Shown here in pieces: positions 1-8,971 of a stretch of 64,000 bases of DNA (the first letter of the stretch is position 1; the number at the start of each line of letters is the position of its first letter). Source of the DNA: Candidatus Omnitrophota bacterium (GTDB lineage: Bacteria > Omnitrophota > Gorgyraeia > Zapsychrales > Fredricksoniimonadaceae); the NCBI GenBank assembly GCA_037131245.1, contig JBAXRK010000010.1:3397-67396 (forward strand), given 5' to 3'. The notes under the pieces were generated by a model, which was not told the origin of the DNA, did no database searches, and saw nothing but the letters and a program-made list of their open reading frames with translations. The translations under genes were made by a program, and so were the position numbers.

Positions 1-1
1 G

Positions 2-478
2 GCGGGCGGCGCGGATATCATTGTTATCCCTGAGGTCAAAACCGATATCGGCAAGATCTGCGAGGCCATCAAGAATCGCCATCGTCGCGGGAAGTCGTTT
101 AGTATTGTGGTTGTCTCTGAAGGCGCTCAGGTCGAGATGCCGGTCATTTATCAGGAGACCAGCGAGAAGCGGCGTTTTGGCAGCATTGGCGAGCGCATGG
201 CCAAAGCTATTGAAGATATGACTGGCTACGAGACCCGCGTGAGTTTGCTGGGTTATATTCAGCGCGGTGGGGCTCCGACGGCATTTGACCGTATCCTGGC
301 GACGCGCTTTGGCGTGAAGGCGGTTGAGCTGGTGGCCGAGGGAAAATTCGGCAAGATGGTCAGCTACCAGAATAACCACATTAAATATTGTGACATTGAT
401 GAAGCGGTCAAACAGCGCAAGAAAGTGGACGCGAATTTGATCCAGATCTCCAAGGTGTTCACGGCCGATCAGCTTTAA
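2..478 (+). CDS. pfkA: 6-phosphofructokinase, C-terminal part (5' end lies outside the window)
   Basis: The frame is open from the window edge. The translation (AGGADIIVIPEVKTD...SFSIVVVSEGA...VSLLGYIQRGGAPTAFDRILATRFG) matches the conserved PFK core, including the GYxQRGG motif. Confidence 0.85.
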   Translation, partial: AGGADIIVIPEVKTDIGKICEAIKNRHRRGKSFSIVVVSEGAQVEMPVIYQETSEKRRFGSIGERMAKAIEDMTGYETRVSLLGYIQRGGAPTAFDRILATRFGVKAVELVAEGKFGKMVSYQNNHIKYCDIDEAVKQRKKVDANLIQISKVFTADQL

Positions 479-488
479 GGGGGATGAG

Positions 489-1055
489 ATGCTGCAGCGT
501 ATTGAGGCGATCCTTAACGATTCCATTGAAGTCAAGAGGGCGGCTATTAAGCATTGCCTTCCTTCCGCCGAGCAGGCCGCGCAGGCGATCACTAAAGCTT
601 TTCAATCTGACAATCGGGTCTTTTTTTGCGGTAACGGCGGATCAGCCGCTGACAGCCAGCATATCGCGGCCGAGTTCATCGGACGTTTTCAGAAAGAGCG
701 CCGGGCCCTTCCGGGGATCGCGCTCACCACAGATTCATCCATTCTTACCTGCCTTACCAATGATTACAGTTACGATATCATCTTTTCCCGTCAGTTGGAG
801 GCGCTTGGCCGCAAGGGCGACGTAATCGTGGGCTTCTCCACCAGCGGCAAGTCGGCGAATGTCATCAAGGCTTTTGAGCGCGCCAAACAGATGGGCATTA
901 CGTCTGTCGCGTTTGTGGGCCATGATGGCGGGCCGATGGGAAAGATGGCTGATATCGCGATCATTGTCCCTTCCAAAATCACCGCGCGCATCCAGGAGTC
1001 CCATATCACGATCGCTCACGCGATCTGTGAAGTTGTTGAGAATGCCTTTGTTTAA
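489..1055 (+). CDS. gmhA: Phosphoheptose isomerase (SIS domain)
   Basis: 188 aa. FFCGNGGSAADSQHIAAEF, GFSTSGKSANV and ESHITIAHAICE are typical GmhA/SIS motifs. The heptose-1-P adenylyltransferase gene follows. Confidence 0.85.
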   Translation: MLQRIEAILNDSIEVKRAAIKHCLPSAEQAAQAITKAFQSDNRVFFCGNGGSAADSQHIAAEFIGRFQKERRALPGIALTTDSSILTCLTNDYSYDIIFSRQLEALGRKGDVIVGFSTSGKSANVIKAFERAKQMGITSVAFVGHDGGPMGKMADIAIIVPSKITARIQESHITIAHAICEVVENAFV

Positions 1056-1165
1056 AATGTGTTGGGGTGTGGTAGCCCGAGCATTCAATCGCTTTACCCT
1101 AAACACTTTTGCCTGCTTAACGTTGATCTTGAGAAGTTGAAGCAGATACTCGATGAGATGGCCTG

Positions 1166-1651
1166 ATGATGACAATGAAAAAAGTTATTTCAATTTCGGC
1201 ATTAAAAAACAAGATCGCCCGTTTGCGTAAAGAAGGCAAGGTGATCGCCTTTACCAACGGGTGCTTTGATATTCTGCATTACGGCCATGTCAGTTACCTT
1301 GAAGCCGCCAAGAAGAATGATTCCCGTATTTTGATCGTCGGGCTTAACAGTGACGCGTCGGTTCGGTCGCTGGAAAAGGGTGAAGGTCGGCCGATCGTGC
1401 CTCAAAAAGAGCGGGCGGCGGTGTTGGCAGGCCTGGCGGCGGTCGATTTTCTTGTTATCTTCAATGAATCAACACCTTACGAGCTTATTAAAAAAATTCG
1501 GCCGGATATTCTCCTTAAAGGCGCTGACTGGAAGGGCAAGGTGGTAGCCGGTTCTGACCTAGTTAAGCGCGTGGAATTCGTTAAGTACCTGCCTGGACTC
1601 TCAACGACCAATGTCATCGAGAAGATCAGTAAACTATGTCAAAAAAAGTAA
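1166..1651 (+). CDS. hldC: D-glycero-beta-D-manno-heptose 1-phosphate adenylyltransferase (stand-alone RfaE domain II type)
   Basis: 161 aa. FTNGCFDILHYGHVSYLEAAKK carries the cytidylyltransferase HxGH motif, and LLKGADW is near the C-terminus. Adjacent to gmhA. Confidence 0.8.
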   Translation: MMTMKKVISISALKNKIARLRKEGKVIAFTNGCFDILHYGHVSYLEAAKKNDSRILIVGLNSDASVRSLEKGEGRPIVPQKERAAVLAGLAAVDFLVIFNESTPYELIKKIRPDILLKGADWKGKVVAGSDLVKRVEFVKYLPGLSTTNVIEKISKLCQKK

Positions 1652-2064
1652 AAGCGCCTTCACTCCGGGGAATCGATCGAGTTGTGGACGCCAATTTTAA
1701 CCGGGCCAAGGAAGGTTTACGGGTCTGCGAAGATACGGCACGGTTCATCATCGACGACAAGGTGCTGACGGCCGGTTATAAGACCGTCCGGCATGATTTG
1801 ACCGTGGCTGTTGAAGTTTTTGGCCTTAAGGGGATCGTGAAGTCCAGGGATGTGGCAGGCGATGTCGGCCGGCCGACTACCTCATCCGAGTCCAAGCGCG
1901 GGAATATCAGCGATATTTTCTACGCGAACACCCAGCGCGTTAAGGAATCATTAAGAGTTCTTGAAGAGTTTGCCAAGCTCAATTCTCCCGCTTTCGCGGA
2001 GAGATTTAAACTGTTGCGGTATAAGGTTTATGGTCTCGAAAAGAAAGCTCTTGAGCGGTTGTAA
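1636..2064 (+). CDS. ThiD2-like domain protein (the domain normally fused N-terminally to ThiE)
   Basis: 142 aa. IDRVVDANFNRAKEGLRVCEDTARFIIDD resembles, from memory, the N-terminal extension of long ThiE proteins. The ORF overlaps the thiE start in a different frame. Confidence 0.55.
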   Translation: MSKKVKAPSLRGIDRVVDANFNRAKEGLRVCEDTARFIIDDKVLTAGYKTVRHDLTVAVEVFGLKGIVKSRDVAGDVGRPTTSSESKRGNISDIFYANTQRVKESLRVLEEFAKLNSPAFAERFKLLRYKVYGLEKKALERL

Positions 2065-2680
2065 ATTGTATCTGATCCTCGACGCTGGCGTGTGTTCTTA
2101 TGACCGCCTGTTCGAGGTGTTAAAAGCCGCCTCCCAAAGTGGAGTTGACATTGTTCAACTCCGTGATAAAGTAGGGTTCGTTAAAGACATATTAAGATTA
2201 AGTAAGCAGTCAGTTTCGTGGTTAAAAGGTCGAGTTCCGTTCATTGTAAACGACAGGGTTGATATCGCGAAGGCTTCAGGGGCCAGCGGTGTCCATCTGG
2301 GGCAGGACGATTTTCCGGTGGATGAGGCGCGTAGAATTTTAGGTCCGCGGGCGATCATCGGGGTGTCCTGTCAGAATGCGGCTCATATTCGCCGCGCTCT
2401 GCGTGAGCGCGCTGATTATATAGGTTTTGGTTCGGTTTTTAAAACACTGACCAAGCCGGAACGCTTACCGATGGATCACACAAAATTGAGAGAAGCGGTC
2501 AGGATCGCCGAGGGAAACGGCCTGCCGCTTTTTGCCATTGGGGGTATTTCCAGCAGCAATGTGGGCCAGGTGAGAGATCAGGATGTCCGTCGGGTGGCAG
2601 TATGCCGGGACATTATGTTGGCAGAAGATACGCGTCGCTCCGTCGGAGAATTACGCGCGGCGCTTAACATTAAACAGTAA
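2030..2680 (+). CDS. thiE: Thiamine-phosphate synthase
   Basis: Motifs LYLILD, VDIVQLRDK, FIVNDRVDIA, GVHLGQDD, IGVSC, YIGFGSVFKT.TK and LFAIGGI. The start is taken at the internal Met (MVSKRK) rather than the track start at 1961. Confidence 0.8.
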   Translation: MVSKRKLLSGCKLYLILDAGVCSYDRLFEVLKAASQSGVDIVQLRDKVGFVKDILRLSKQSVSWLKGRVPFIVNDRVDIAKASGASGVHLGQDDFPVDEARRILGPRAIIGVSCQNAAHIRRALRERADYIGFGSVFKTLTKPERLPMDHTKLREAVRIAEGNGLPLFAIGGISSSNVGQVRDQDVRRVAVCRDIMLAEDTRRSVGELRAALNIKQ

Positions 2681-2691
2681 ACGGTACTGAT

Positions 2692-2765
2692 GCGAGAGTA
2701 ATTCAGTGGTAGAATGCTAGCTTCCCAAGCTAGCTACGCGGGTTCGATTCCCGTCTCTCGCTCCA
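2692..2765 (+). tRNA. tRNA-Gly (anticodon CCC), CCA encoded
   Basis: Hand-folded cloverleaf. Acceptor stem GCGAGAG/CTCTCGC. D arm with AGTGGTA. Anticodon stem CTAGC/GCTAG with loop TTCCCAA. T arm GGGTTCGATTCCC. Discriminator T followed by CCA. Confidence 0.9.
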
Positions 2766-2774
2766 TATATTTAC

Positions 2775-3476
2775 ATGATCTCAAGGGAAAAAAGATTCCT
2801 TCAGCGGATCGTCGTTGTTTTGCTTTGCGCGTGGCTTTCCGGCTGCGCCACGGCCCGTAAACCTTCCGAAACGCTTCAGCCTCCGCCGGTCAAACAGGTT
2901 CAGAGCAAGGGTGTCTACCATAAGGTCAATAAAGGCGAGACGCTTTGGCGTATCAGCAAGACCTACAAGGTTTCCGTCGAGGATATCATCGCGGCCAATC
3001 ATATTCCCAGCGCGGCTTCTATCGAAGAGAACCAATTGCTTCTTATCCCCGGCGCTGACAGGGTGAAAGATATTATCCCCCCGCAGGCTCCCGGCGGAAA
3101 AGACACCGATTATTGGTGGCCGCTTAAGGGCCGGATCGTTTCTTATTTCGAGGAGCGCAAGGGCGCGCATGTGAATTACGGCGTTGATATCAAGGGCGGC
3201 GAGAACGATGTGGTGAAGGCCGCGCGTGAGGGGCGGGTGGTATTCGCTGACCATCTCGCGGGTTACGGTTCGACGGTCATGCTCGATCACGGCGATGGTT
3301 TTTTCACCGTTTACGGCCATGAGGAACGGGTTTTGGTGAAGCTCGGCGATTACGTTTTCAGGGGAGAGAAGATCGCGCAGCTGGGCACCGATGCCCGGGG
3401 AGCGTTCGTTCATTTTGAACTTCGCAAAGGGGATCAACCCAAGAATCCTTTGCATTATTTACCTCGGGAGATGTGA
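2775..3476 (+). CDS. LysM domain / M23 peptidase lipoprotein (NlpD-like)
   Basis: Lipobox LSGC. LysM segment YHKVNKGETLWRISKTYKVSVEDIIAANHI. M23 core GVDIKG...VVFADHLAGYGSTVMLDHGDGFFTVYGH...FVHFELR. Confidence 0.85.
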   Translation: MISREKRFLQRIVVVLLCAWLSGCATARKPSETLQPPPVKQVQSKGVYHKVNKGETLWRISKTYKVSVEDIIAANHIPSAASIEENQLLLIPGADRVKDIIPPQAPGGKDTDYWWPLKGRIVSYFEERKGAHVNYGVDIKGGENDVVKAAREGRVVFADHLAGYGSTVMLDHGDGFFTVYGHEERVLVKLGDYVFRGEKIAQLGTDARGAFVHFELRKGDQPKNPLHYLPREM

Positions 3477-5101
3477 TGGAGGCGGGTTTTTACGGTAGAA
3501 AAGATATCCTGACGCTCATTAAGCGCCGCGTGACGGACCTCAAGGAGGGGTACCGGCAGAATATGGCGTTGTTGGGCAGTCAGCACGTTGGGAAAAGCGC
3601 CCTGCTGCGCCAGTTCCTGACGGATCTTGATGATAGTGGTGTGATCCCGGTCTATCTGGATCTGGAAGGCCGCGATATCCATTATTTTGCTTCAAAGTTC
3701 ATCCGCAGCTTGTTGTATCACTTTGCCCGCAGCCGGGGGTTGCGTCCGGCAGAGGATCTAGCCGATCTGTTAGCGGCCGTGGAAAGCACGGTGCCCCGGT
3801 CGGTGGCCAGCATCCGCGAGATCATGGCGCAGATGGAGAAAAGCCATCTGGCTGAGGCTTACGACCGTATCCTTTCTTTGCCGGAGATCTTCAGTTTTGA
3901 AACGGGCCTCAATTGCCTGATCATTCTTGATGAGTTCCAGGTGCTCGAAGAGTTTGGTGTGCCGGATGTTTTTCGACGCCTGGCGGACCGCATCACGACG
4001 CAGAAGAGATCCCTCTTTGTGGTGGCCAGTTCTTATGAAGATCTTGCCCGCCGCATCCTGTCCGAGAAAATGACGCTCCTGTTCGGCAATTTTGAACTTC
4101 TTCCCGTTGAACCTTTTGACCTGCGCCAGAGCCAGGAGTTCATTACGGCGCGGATGAGTGGTGTGAATATCGGGTCGCAGCTGAAGAATTTTCTGGCCGA
4201 CTTTACCGGCGGGCGGCCGCTATACCTTGATATTATTCTTCATGAATTGCTTAACCTGGCATCGATCTACAAGCAGCAGGAGGTTTATGCGCCGCTGGTG
4301 ACTCAGGCGGTCGAGAACATGGTTTTCAGTCGGTGGGGCGCGCTCAGCCGGCATTTTGAACTGGTCATCGGACGGGTCACGGCCGGAAAGTCCAACCGGT
4401 TGGTCAGCGATCTCCTGATGGCGATGGCCGAGGGCCGCCATCGCGTTAAGGACCTGGTGGAAGCGGTCGGGGTCGTTAAAGCCGCCTCAGTGACCCAGAA
4501 AATCAGTTATCTGGTCGAAGAAGACGTGGTCGAGAAGAACGGCAGCCATTATCACATTAAGGACAAGCTTTTCCGCTATTGGATCAAGTATGTTTTTCTA
4601 AAGCGTGTCCGTGGGATCGAGCTGGAGGCCGGCCGCCTCAGAAAAGATTTTAAGGAAGAGGTGACGCGCGCTATCAATGATTTCCACGCGACGTGCGGTA
4701 AAGATCTTTCATGCCGCGTGACTGAATTGCTGCGCTGCTTTGATAACGATCAGGTGAGTTTAAAGGGCCGTAAGTACCGGATGCCGGCGTTCAGGGATGT
4801 CCGGCCCCTTAAGTTTGCCCAACGCGGTGGCGGAATGTGCGATGTTCTTCAAGCTGATACCGATGAGGGCGTTTGGCTGCTGGTCCTGCGGAAGGACCCG
4901 TTGGCTGAAACAGACATCAATGTGGTCACGCAGGAGCTTCGCGCCAGGGGGCTTAAACCCCGGCGGTGTGTTATTGTTTCTTTAGCTGACCTTGATGAAG
5001 GCGCGAAGCTGCGCGCCCTCGAAGAGCGGATGTGGATCTGGAATGAGCCGGAGCTTAATTTCTTAATGAACCTTTTTGACAAGCCTTATATTGTTTCATG
5101 A
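3473..5101 (+). CDS. Arch_ATPase/STAND-like P-loop ATPase with C-terminal winged-helix-like and nuclease-like region
   Basis: 542 aa. FYGRKDIL...LLGSQHVGKSALLRQF is a Walker A variant and CLIILDEFQ is Walker B. YLVEEDVVEKNGSHYHIKDKLFRYWIKYVF resembles the wHTH of DUF234-type ATPases. ATGA overlaps on both sides. Confidence 0.55.
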   Translation: MMEAGFYGRKDILTLIKRRVTDLKEGYRQNMALLGSQHVGKSALLRQFLTDLDDSGVIPVYLDLEGRDIHYFASKFIRSLLYHFARSRGLRPAEDLADLLAAVESTVPRSVASIREIMAQMEKSHLAEAYDRILSLPEIFSFETGLNCLIILDEFQVLEEFGVPDVFRRLADRITTQKRSLFVVASSYEDLARRILSEKMTLLFGNFELLPVEPFDLRQSQEFITARMSGVNIGSQLKNFLADFTGGRPLYLDIILHELLNLASIYKQQEVYAPLVTQAVENMVFSRWGALSRHFELVIGRVTAGKSNRLVSDLLMAMAEGRHRVKDLVEAVGVVKAASVTQKISYLVEEDVVEKNGSHYHIKDKLFRYWIKYVFLKRVRGIELEAGRLRKDFKEEVTRAINDFHATCGKDLSCRVTELLRCFDNDQVSLKGRKYRMPAFRDVRPLKFAQRGGGMCDVLQADTDEGVWLLVLRKDPLAETDINVVTQELRARGLKPRRCVIVSLADLDEGAKLRALEERMWIWNEPELNFLMNLFDKPYIVS

Positions 5102-5577
5102 GAGTGATCGTCGTTTCAGACACCCATTCGGAAGACCTTCCTCCAGTCTTGCTTGAGGATGTCAAGAAGTCCGATCTGGTTATTCACGTCGGCGATTTCT
5201 GTGACATTGAGGTGTATAAACGCCTTAAGGCGTTAAAGGAGATCCGGGCTGTTTACGGGAATATGGATGGGCTCGATCTGCGCGGGATCCTGCCGCGCAA
5301 GGCGGTGTTCACGTGCGAAGGCGTGACCATCGGCCTTTTTCACGGCGAAGGCGGCCCGGACCAGCTGTTTGAAAAGGTCAAGGCGGCTTTTAGTAAAGAA
5401 AAAGTTGACGTGGTCATTTTTGGCCATTCGCATGAAGTCCTAAATCGGGTTGTCGATGGCATCCTTTATTTCAATCCCGGTAGCCCCACGGACACCTTTC
5501 GGGCTCCGTTCCGGTCTTACGGGGTTCTGGAGGTCCGCGGCGACAAGGTGAAAGGGACCATTATCAAGGTCAAGTGA
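5098..5577 (+). CDS. YfcE/MJ0936-family metallophosphoesterase
   Basis: 159 aa. Motifs VVSDTHSE, HVGDF, GNMDG, FGHSH and FNPGSPT. Confidence 0.8.
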   Translation: MRVIVVSDTHSEDLPPVLLEDVKKSDLVIHVGDFCDIEVYKRLKALKEIRAVYGNMDGLDLRGILPRKAVFTCEGVTIGLFHGEGGPDQLFEKVKAAFSKEKVDVVIFGHSHEVLNRVVDGILYFNPGSPTDTFRAPFRSYGVLEVRGDKVKGTIIKVK

Positions 5578-5581
5578 GAGC

Positions 5582-6091
5582 GTGATGGATATTCTTTGGG
5601 CGCCCTGGCGCGAGAAATATATTGAACAATGCGGGTTGAAAAAAGGCGGATGTGTTTTCTGCCAGATCCTGGCTGAACGGAAGGATAAAAAGCATTTTAT
5701 TTTTTTACGTTCGGCCACCTCGTTCGCGGTGCTGAATATTTATCCGTTCAGCGGAGCGCATTCGCTGGTGATCCCCAACCGGCATGTCGGGGACCTTGCC
5801 GAGCTGACGGCTGATGAGCGCTGTGATATGATGGATCTTCTGGTTGAAACCAAGGCATTGCTGGCCCGGGTGTATGCCCCTGAAGCGTTCAATGTGGGGA
5901 TGAACCTTGGCAGTGCGGCGGGTGCCGGCATCCCGGAGCATTTGCATATTCATATCGTGCCGCGCTGGAAAGGTGACGTCAATTTCATGCCGGCGCTTTT
6001 CGGGACGAAAGTTATCCCTGTTTCGCTCGACAACGTATATAAGAGGTTAACGGATGCGCTCAAGAGCGGACATCGAAAAGTACGAAAATGA
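5582..6091 (+). CDS. HIT-family nucleotide hydrolase/transferase
   Basis: 169 aa. Histidine triad HLHIHIVPRW. N-terminal CVFC zinc-like motif. LNIYPFSGAHSLVIP. Confidence 0.8.
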   Translation: MMDILWAPWREKYIEQCGLKKGGCVFCQILAERKDKKHFIFLRSATSFAVLNIYPFSGAHSLVIPNRHVGDLAELTADERCDMMDLLVETKALLARVYAPEAFNVGMNLGSAAGAGIPEHLHIHIVPRWKGDVNFMPALFGTKVIPVSLDNVYKRLTDALKSGHRKVRK

Positions 6092-7250
6092 GATCCTGGC
6101 GCCTTACGCCATGCGCTCGGGTGATTCCTGGGGCAGGCAGTATAAGGAGCCGGAGCATACCAACCGGACCTGTTTTCAACGAGACCGGGACAGGGTGGTG
6201 CATTCTGAAGCTTTCCGGAAACTTGAGTATAAAACTCAAGTTTTTGTTATTTTTGAGGGTGATTATTACCGAACCCGTTTGACCCATACCATTGAAGTCG
6301 CTCAGCTGGCGCGCACGATCGGGCGCAATCTTGCCTTGAATGAAGATCTTATCGAAGCCGTTGCGCTGGCGCATGACCTCGGCCATTCTCCGTTCGGCCA
6401 TGCCGGGGAGCATGTTCTTGACGAGCGTTTGAAGGCTGTCGGCCTTGAAGGGTTTAACCACAATCAGCGCAGCTTCGAGATCGTCTCGAAGTTTGAGAAG
6501 CGGTATCCGGATTTCGAAGGGCTTAATCTGACCGTAGAAGTGCTGGTAGGCATCCTCAAACATGAAACGCTTTTTGACCGCAAGGGCGAGATGAAAGTGG
6601 TCGAGGACACGGCTTTTCGCGACAAGTTGCGCAAGCGTGCCTGCTCATTGGAAGCCCAGGTGGTCGATAAGTCGGACTCGCTGGCGTATCTTAACCATGA
6701 TGTGGATGATGGGTTAACATCAGGCTGCATCACGGCGGATGATCTTAACGAGAGCAAGTTGTGGCGCCGCGCGATGGAGCGGGTGCGGCGCCCGGGTGTT
6801 GATATCGGATCCGACATGTTCAAGTATCAGGTTGTTAAAGAGCTTATTGATATGCAGGTGCGTGACCTGCTGACGGCCACTAATGAGCGGGTGGAGAAAT
6901 TCAAGTTTGCCTCTTTTGACGATGTGGCGCGCTGCGATGAGAAGCGGATTGTAGCGTTCTCCGACGGGATGGCTGCCGAGCGGGAGCATTTGCAGGGCAT
7001 TCTTAATGAAAAATTGTATCAGCATTGGCGTGTGGAGCGGATGACGTCCAAGGCCAAGCGCATCCTGACCGAACTGTTCAACGTCTACATGGAAAATCCG
7101 AAACAGCTTCCGTACGACGTGTTCGACCGGGCGAAGAAATATTCCGACAAACAGTTGCATGTGATCGTTTGCAACTACATCGCAGCAATGACCGACAGGG
7201 CGGCCCTTGATGAATATAAACGACTTTTCGAGCCTTACAAAAAAGTATAA
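6054..7250 (+). CDS. dgt: dGTP triphosphohydrolase-like HD-domain protein
   Basis: 398 aa. FQRDRDRVVHSEAFRKLEYKTQVF, RLTHTIEVAQLAR and LAHDLGHSPFGHAGE are the Dgt-family signature. Confidence 0.8.
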   Translation: MRSRADIEKYENEILAPYAMRSGDSWGRQYKEPEHTNRTCFQRDRDRVVHSEAFRKLEYKTQVFVIFEGDYYRTRLTHTIEVAQLARTIGRNLALNEDLIEAVALAHDLGHSPFGHAGEHVLDERLKAVGLEGFNHNQRSFEIVSKFEKRYPDFEGLNLTVEVLVGILKHETLFDRKGEMKVVEDTAFRDKLRKRACSLEAQVVDKSDSLAYLNHDVDDGLTSGCITADDLNESKLWRRAMERVRRPGVDIGSDMFKYQVVKELIDMQVRDLLTATNERVEKFKFASFDDVARCDEKRIVAFSDGMAAEREHLQGILNEKLYQHWRVERMTSKAKRILTELFNVYMENPKQLPYDVFDRAKKYSDKQLHVIVCNYIAAMTDRAALDEYKRLFEPYKKV

Positions 7251-8280
7251 GCAGATCATCTCCGCGGTGCATATTGTGTACCGCCTGGTGAATTCGACGC
7301 CGAACCTTAAGGAGCTTTCGCTGCGCCTCACGCGACTGCTTTGTCAGTTCGTGCATGCTTCGTCGGCGAGTATTTATTTGCTCGCGCCGGACCATAAGAA
7401 ATTGGCGATGATCGCGGTTTTTAATAACGAGATCAATATTCTTATCTCCCACCCGAGAGACCTCAAGAAAGTTCCGGCGAAAGATCTCAGCGTCGCCCAG
7501 GGGAGTTCGGTTTTCGAGGAACGCATGATGGGCATGCCGCTGGTGACCGATGAGTGCATCGGCGCGATCGTGATCCGCCGCAAATCTTCCGAACCGGTCT
7601 TCGATGACTACGACCGGGAGATGTTCACGATCTTCGCCGAGCAGTCGGTGACGGCGATCCGTAACTTACAATACGCTGAGCAACAGCAAAAGATCCTGCT
7701 GGAGACCATGAAGCTGGTCCGCTGCTTGTTCGAGAAACACGGTGACCGTTATCGCGGGCACAGTTCTGTTTATTTCAAGATCGTGCGCGCTGTCGCCCAG
7801 AAATTCCGGATGGGCAATGAGAACATCAACAACCTGTACTATGCCAGCGTTTTGCATAATGCGGGCGCGGTCGATATCCCTTATCAGGTGCTAGCCAAGA
7901 AAAGCCAGCTGACCCCGAAGGAATTCGAAGCGATCCGAGATCTTCCCAAGAAAAGCGCGGAACTCATTAAGCCTATTGAATTCCTCAAGCCGATCCTGCC
8001 GGTGGTCCTGTATTTGCACGAAAAATATGATGGTACGGGTTATCCGTCGGGGCTCAAACGCGATCAGATCCCCCTTGGCGCGCGGATCATGGCCGTAGTC
8101 GACGCGTTCGAGTCCATGGTCCAGGGCCGCCCGTACCGCAAACGCCTGAACGTCGACGGGGCGCTCAATGAACTCAAGCAGCATTCCGGGACACAGTTCG
8201 ATCCGGCCGTCGTGGATGTTTTTTTGAAGCTGGCCCAGCAAAAAAACTTCAGAAATCTCTTGTGTGCTGTTCGGGAATAA
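7207..8280 (+). CDS. GAF domain / degenerate HD-GYP domain protein
   Basis: 357 aa. The N-terminus is GAF-like. The C-terminus has LHEKYDGTGYPSGLKRDQIPLGARIMAVVDAFESM (GYP motif present), but the HD signature reads LHNAGA and HHE reads LHE. Confidence 0.75.
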   Translation: MMNINDFSSLTKKYKQIISAVHIVYRLVNSTPNLKELSLRLTRLLCQFVHASSASIYLLAPDHKKLAMIAVFNNEINILISHPRDLKKVPAKDLSVAQGSSVFEERMMGMPLVTDECIGAIVIRRKSSEPVFDDYDREMFTIFAEQSVTAIRNLQYAEQQQKILLETMKLVRCLFEKHGDRYRGHSSVYFKIVRAVAQKFRMGNENINNLYYASVLHNAGAVDIPYQVLAKKSQLTPKEFEAIRDLPKKSAELIKPIEFLKPILPVVLYLHEKYDGTGYPSGLKRDQIPLGARIMAVVDAFESMVQGRPYRKRLNVDGALNELKQHSGTQFDPAVVDVFLKLAQQKNFRNLLCAVRE

Positions 8281-8343
8281 AGCTAAAATAACGGCACATA
8301 GGGTTCAATTTTATCCACACCTCCAGGCCGGGGCACGTTCCGT

Positions 8344-8970
8344 ATGAATATTAATTACAAGGAAGCACAGTTCGAGTTCTTTCCCAACGAGGTCAGCAAG
8401 CCCGACGAAACCAAGCGCCCGCATTTTATGGCCGCCCGTTTCAATGTCAGCATTGAAAACCTTGTTATTTTTTCGATCGTGAGTATAATGGTCGTCATCT
8501 TTACGTTTTCTCTCGGTGTTGAACGGGGAAAACGGGTTGCGTTGCGTGACGGCGCGGCGCAGGTTATCGATGATAAGGTACAAGCAGTTCCGGCTGTTCT
8601 TTCGTCTGATCCTTCGGTGGCCAAAGGCCAGGGTTTTACGACGAAGACCATGACGAAGGTGACCGGCGAGATCGCTCAGGTAAAGGGATCCGATGCATCG
8701 CTTAAGGTTCCGGCAACAGCGCTTCCGCCTCAGGAGGCTGTTGGGAAACCCGCCAGCGGTTATACGGTTCAGGTGGCTTCGTACAAGAGCGAAAAAAGCG
8801 CCCAGAAGGAAGTGCTGGCGCTGCAGAAAAAAGGGTTTCAGGCTTTTACTCTGCCCAAGGGGCAACACATCGTCCTGTGCGTGGGAAATTTTCAGAAAAG
8901 GGAAGAAGCCAGTCTTTACGGGAAAAAGTTAAAGGGTCATTATCAGGATTACGTAGTCAGGAGATTATAA
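8344..8970 (+). CDS. SPOR-domain membrane protein
   Basis: One TM helix (LVIFSIVSIMVVIFTF). C-terminal SPOR fold sequence YTVQVASYKSEKSAQKEVLALQKKGFQAFT...VLCVGNFQKREEA. Confidence 0.75.
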   Translation: MNINYKEAQFEFFPNEVSKPDETKRPHFMAARFNVSIENLVIFSIVSIMVVIFTFSLGVERGKRVALRDGAAQVIDDKVQAVPAVLSSDPSVAKGQGFTTKTMTKVTGEIAQVKGSDASLKVPATALPPQEAVGKPASGYTVQVASYKSEKSAQKEVLALQKKGFQAFTLPKGQHIVLCVGNFQKREEASLYGKKLKGHYQDYVVRRL

Positions 8971-8971
8971 G

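Noticed and set aside
6054-7250. dGTPase as a possible anti-phage dNTP-depletion defence gene
   Set aside because: It sits in a co-directional housekeeping-like string with no mobile-element or defence-island context. The Dgt-like family is widespread as a core gene. Sequence alone cannot separate the two roles.
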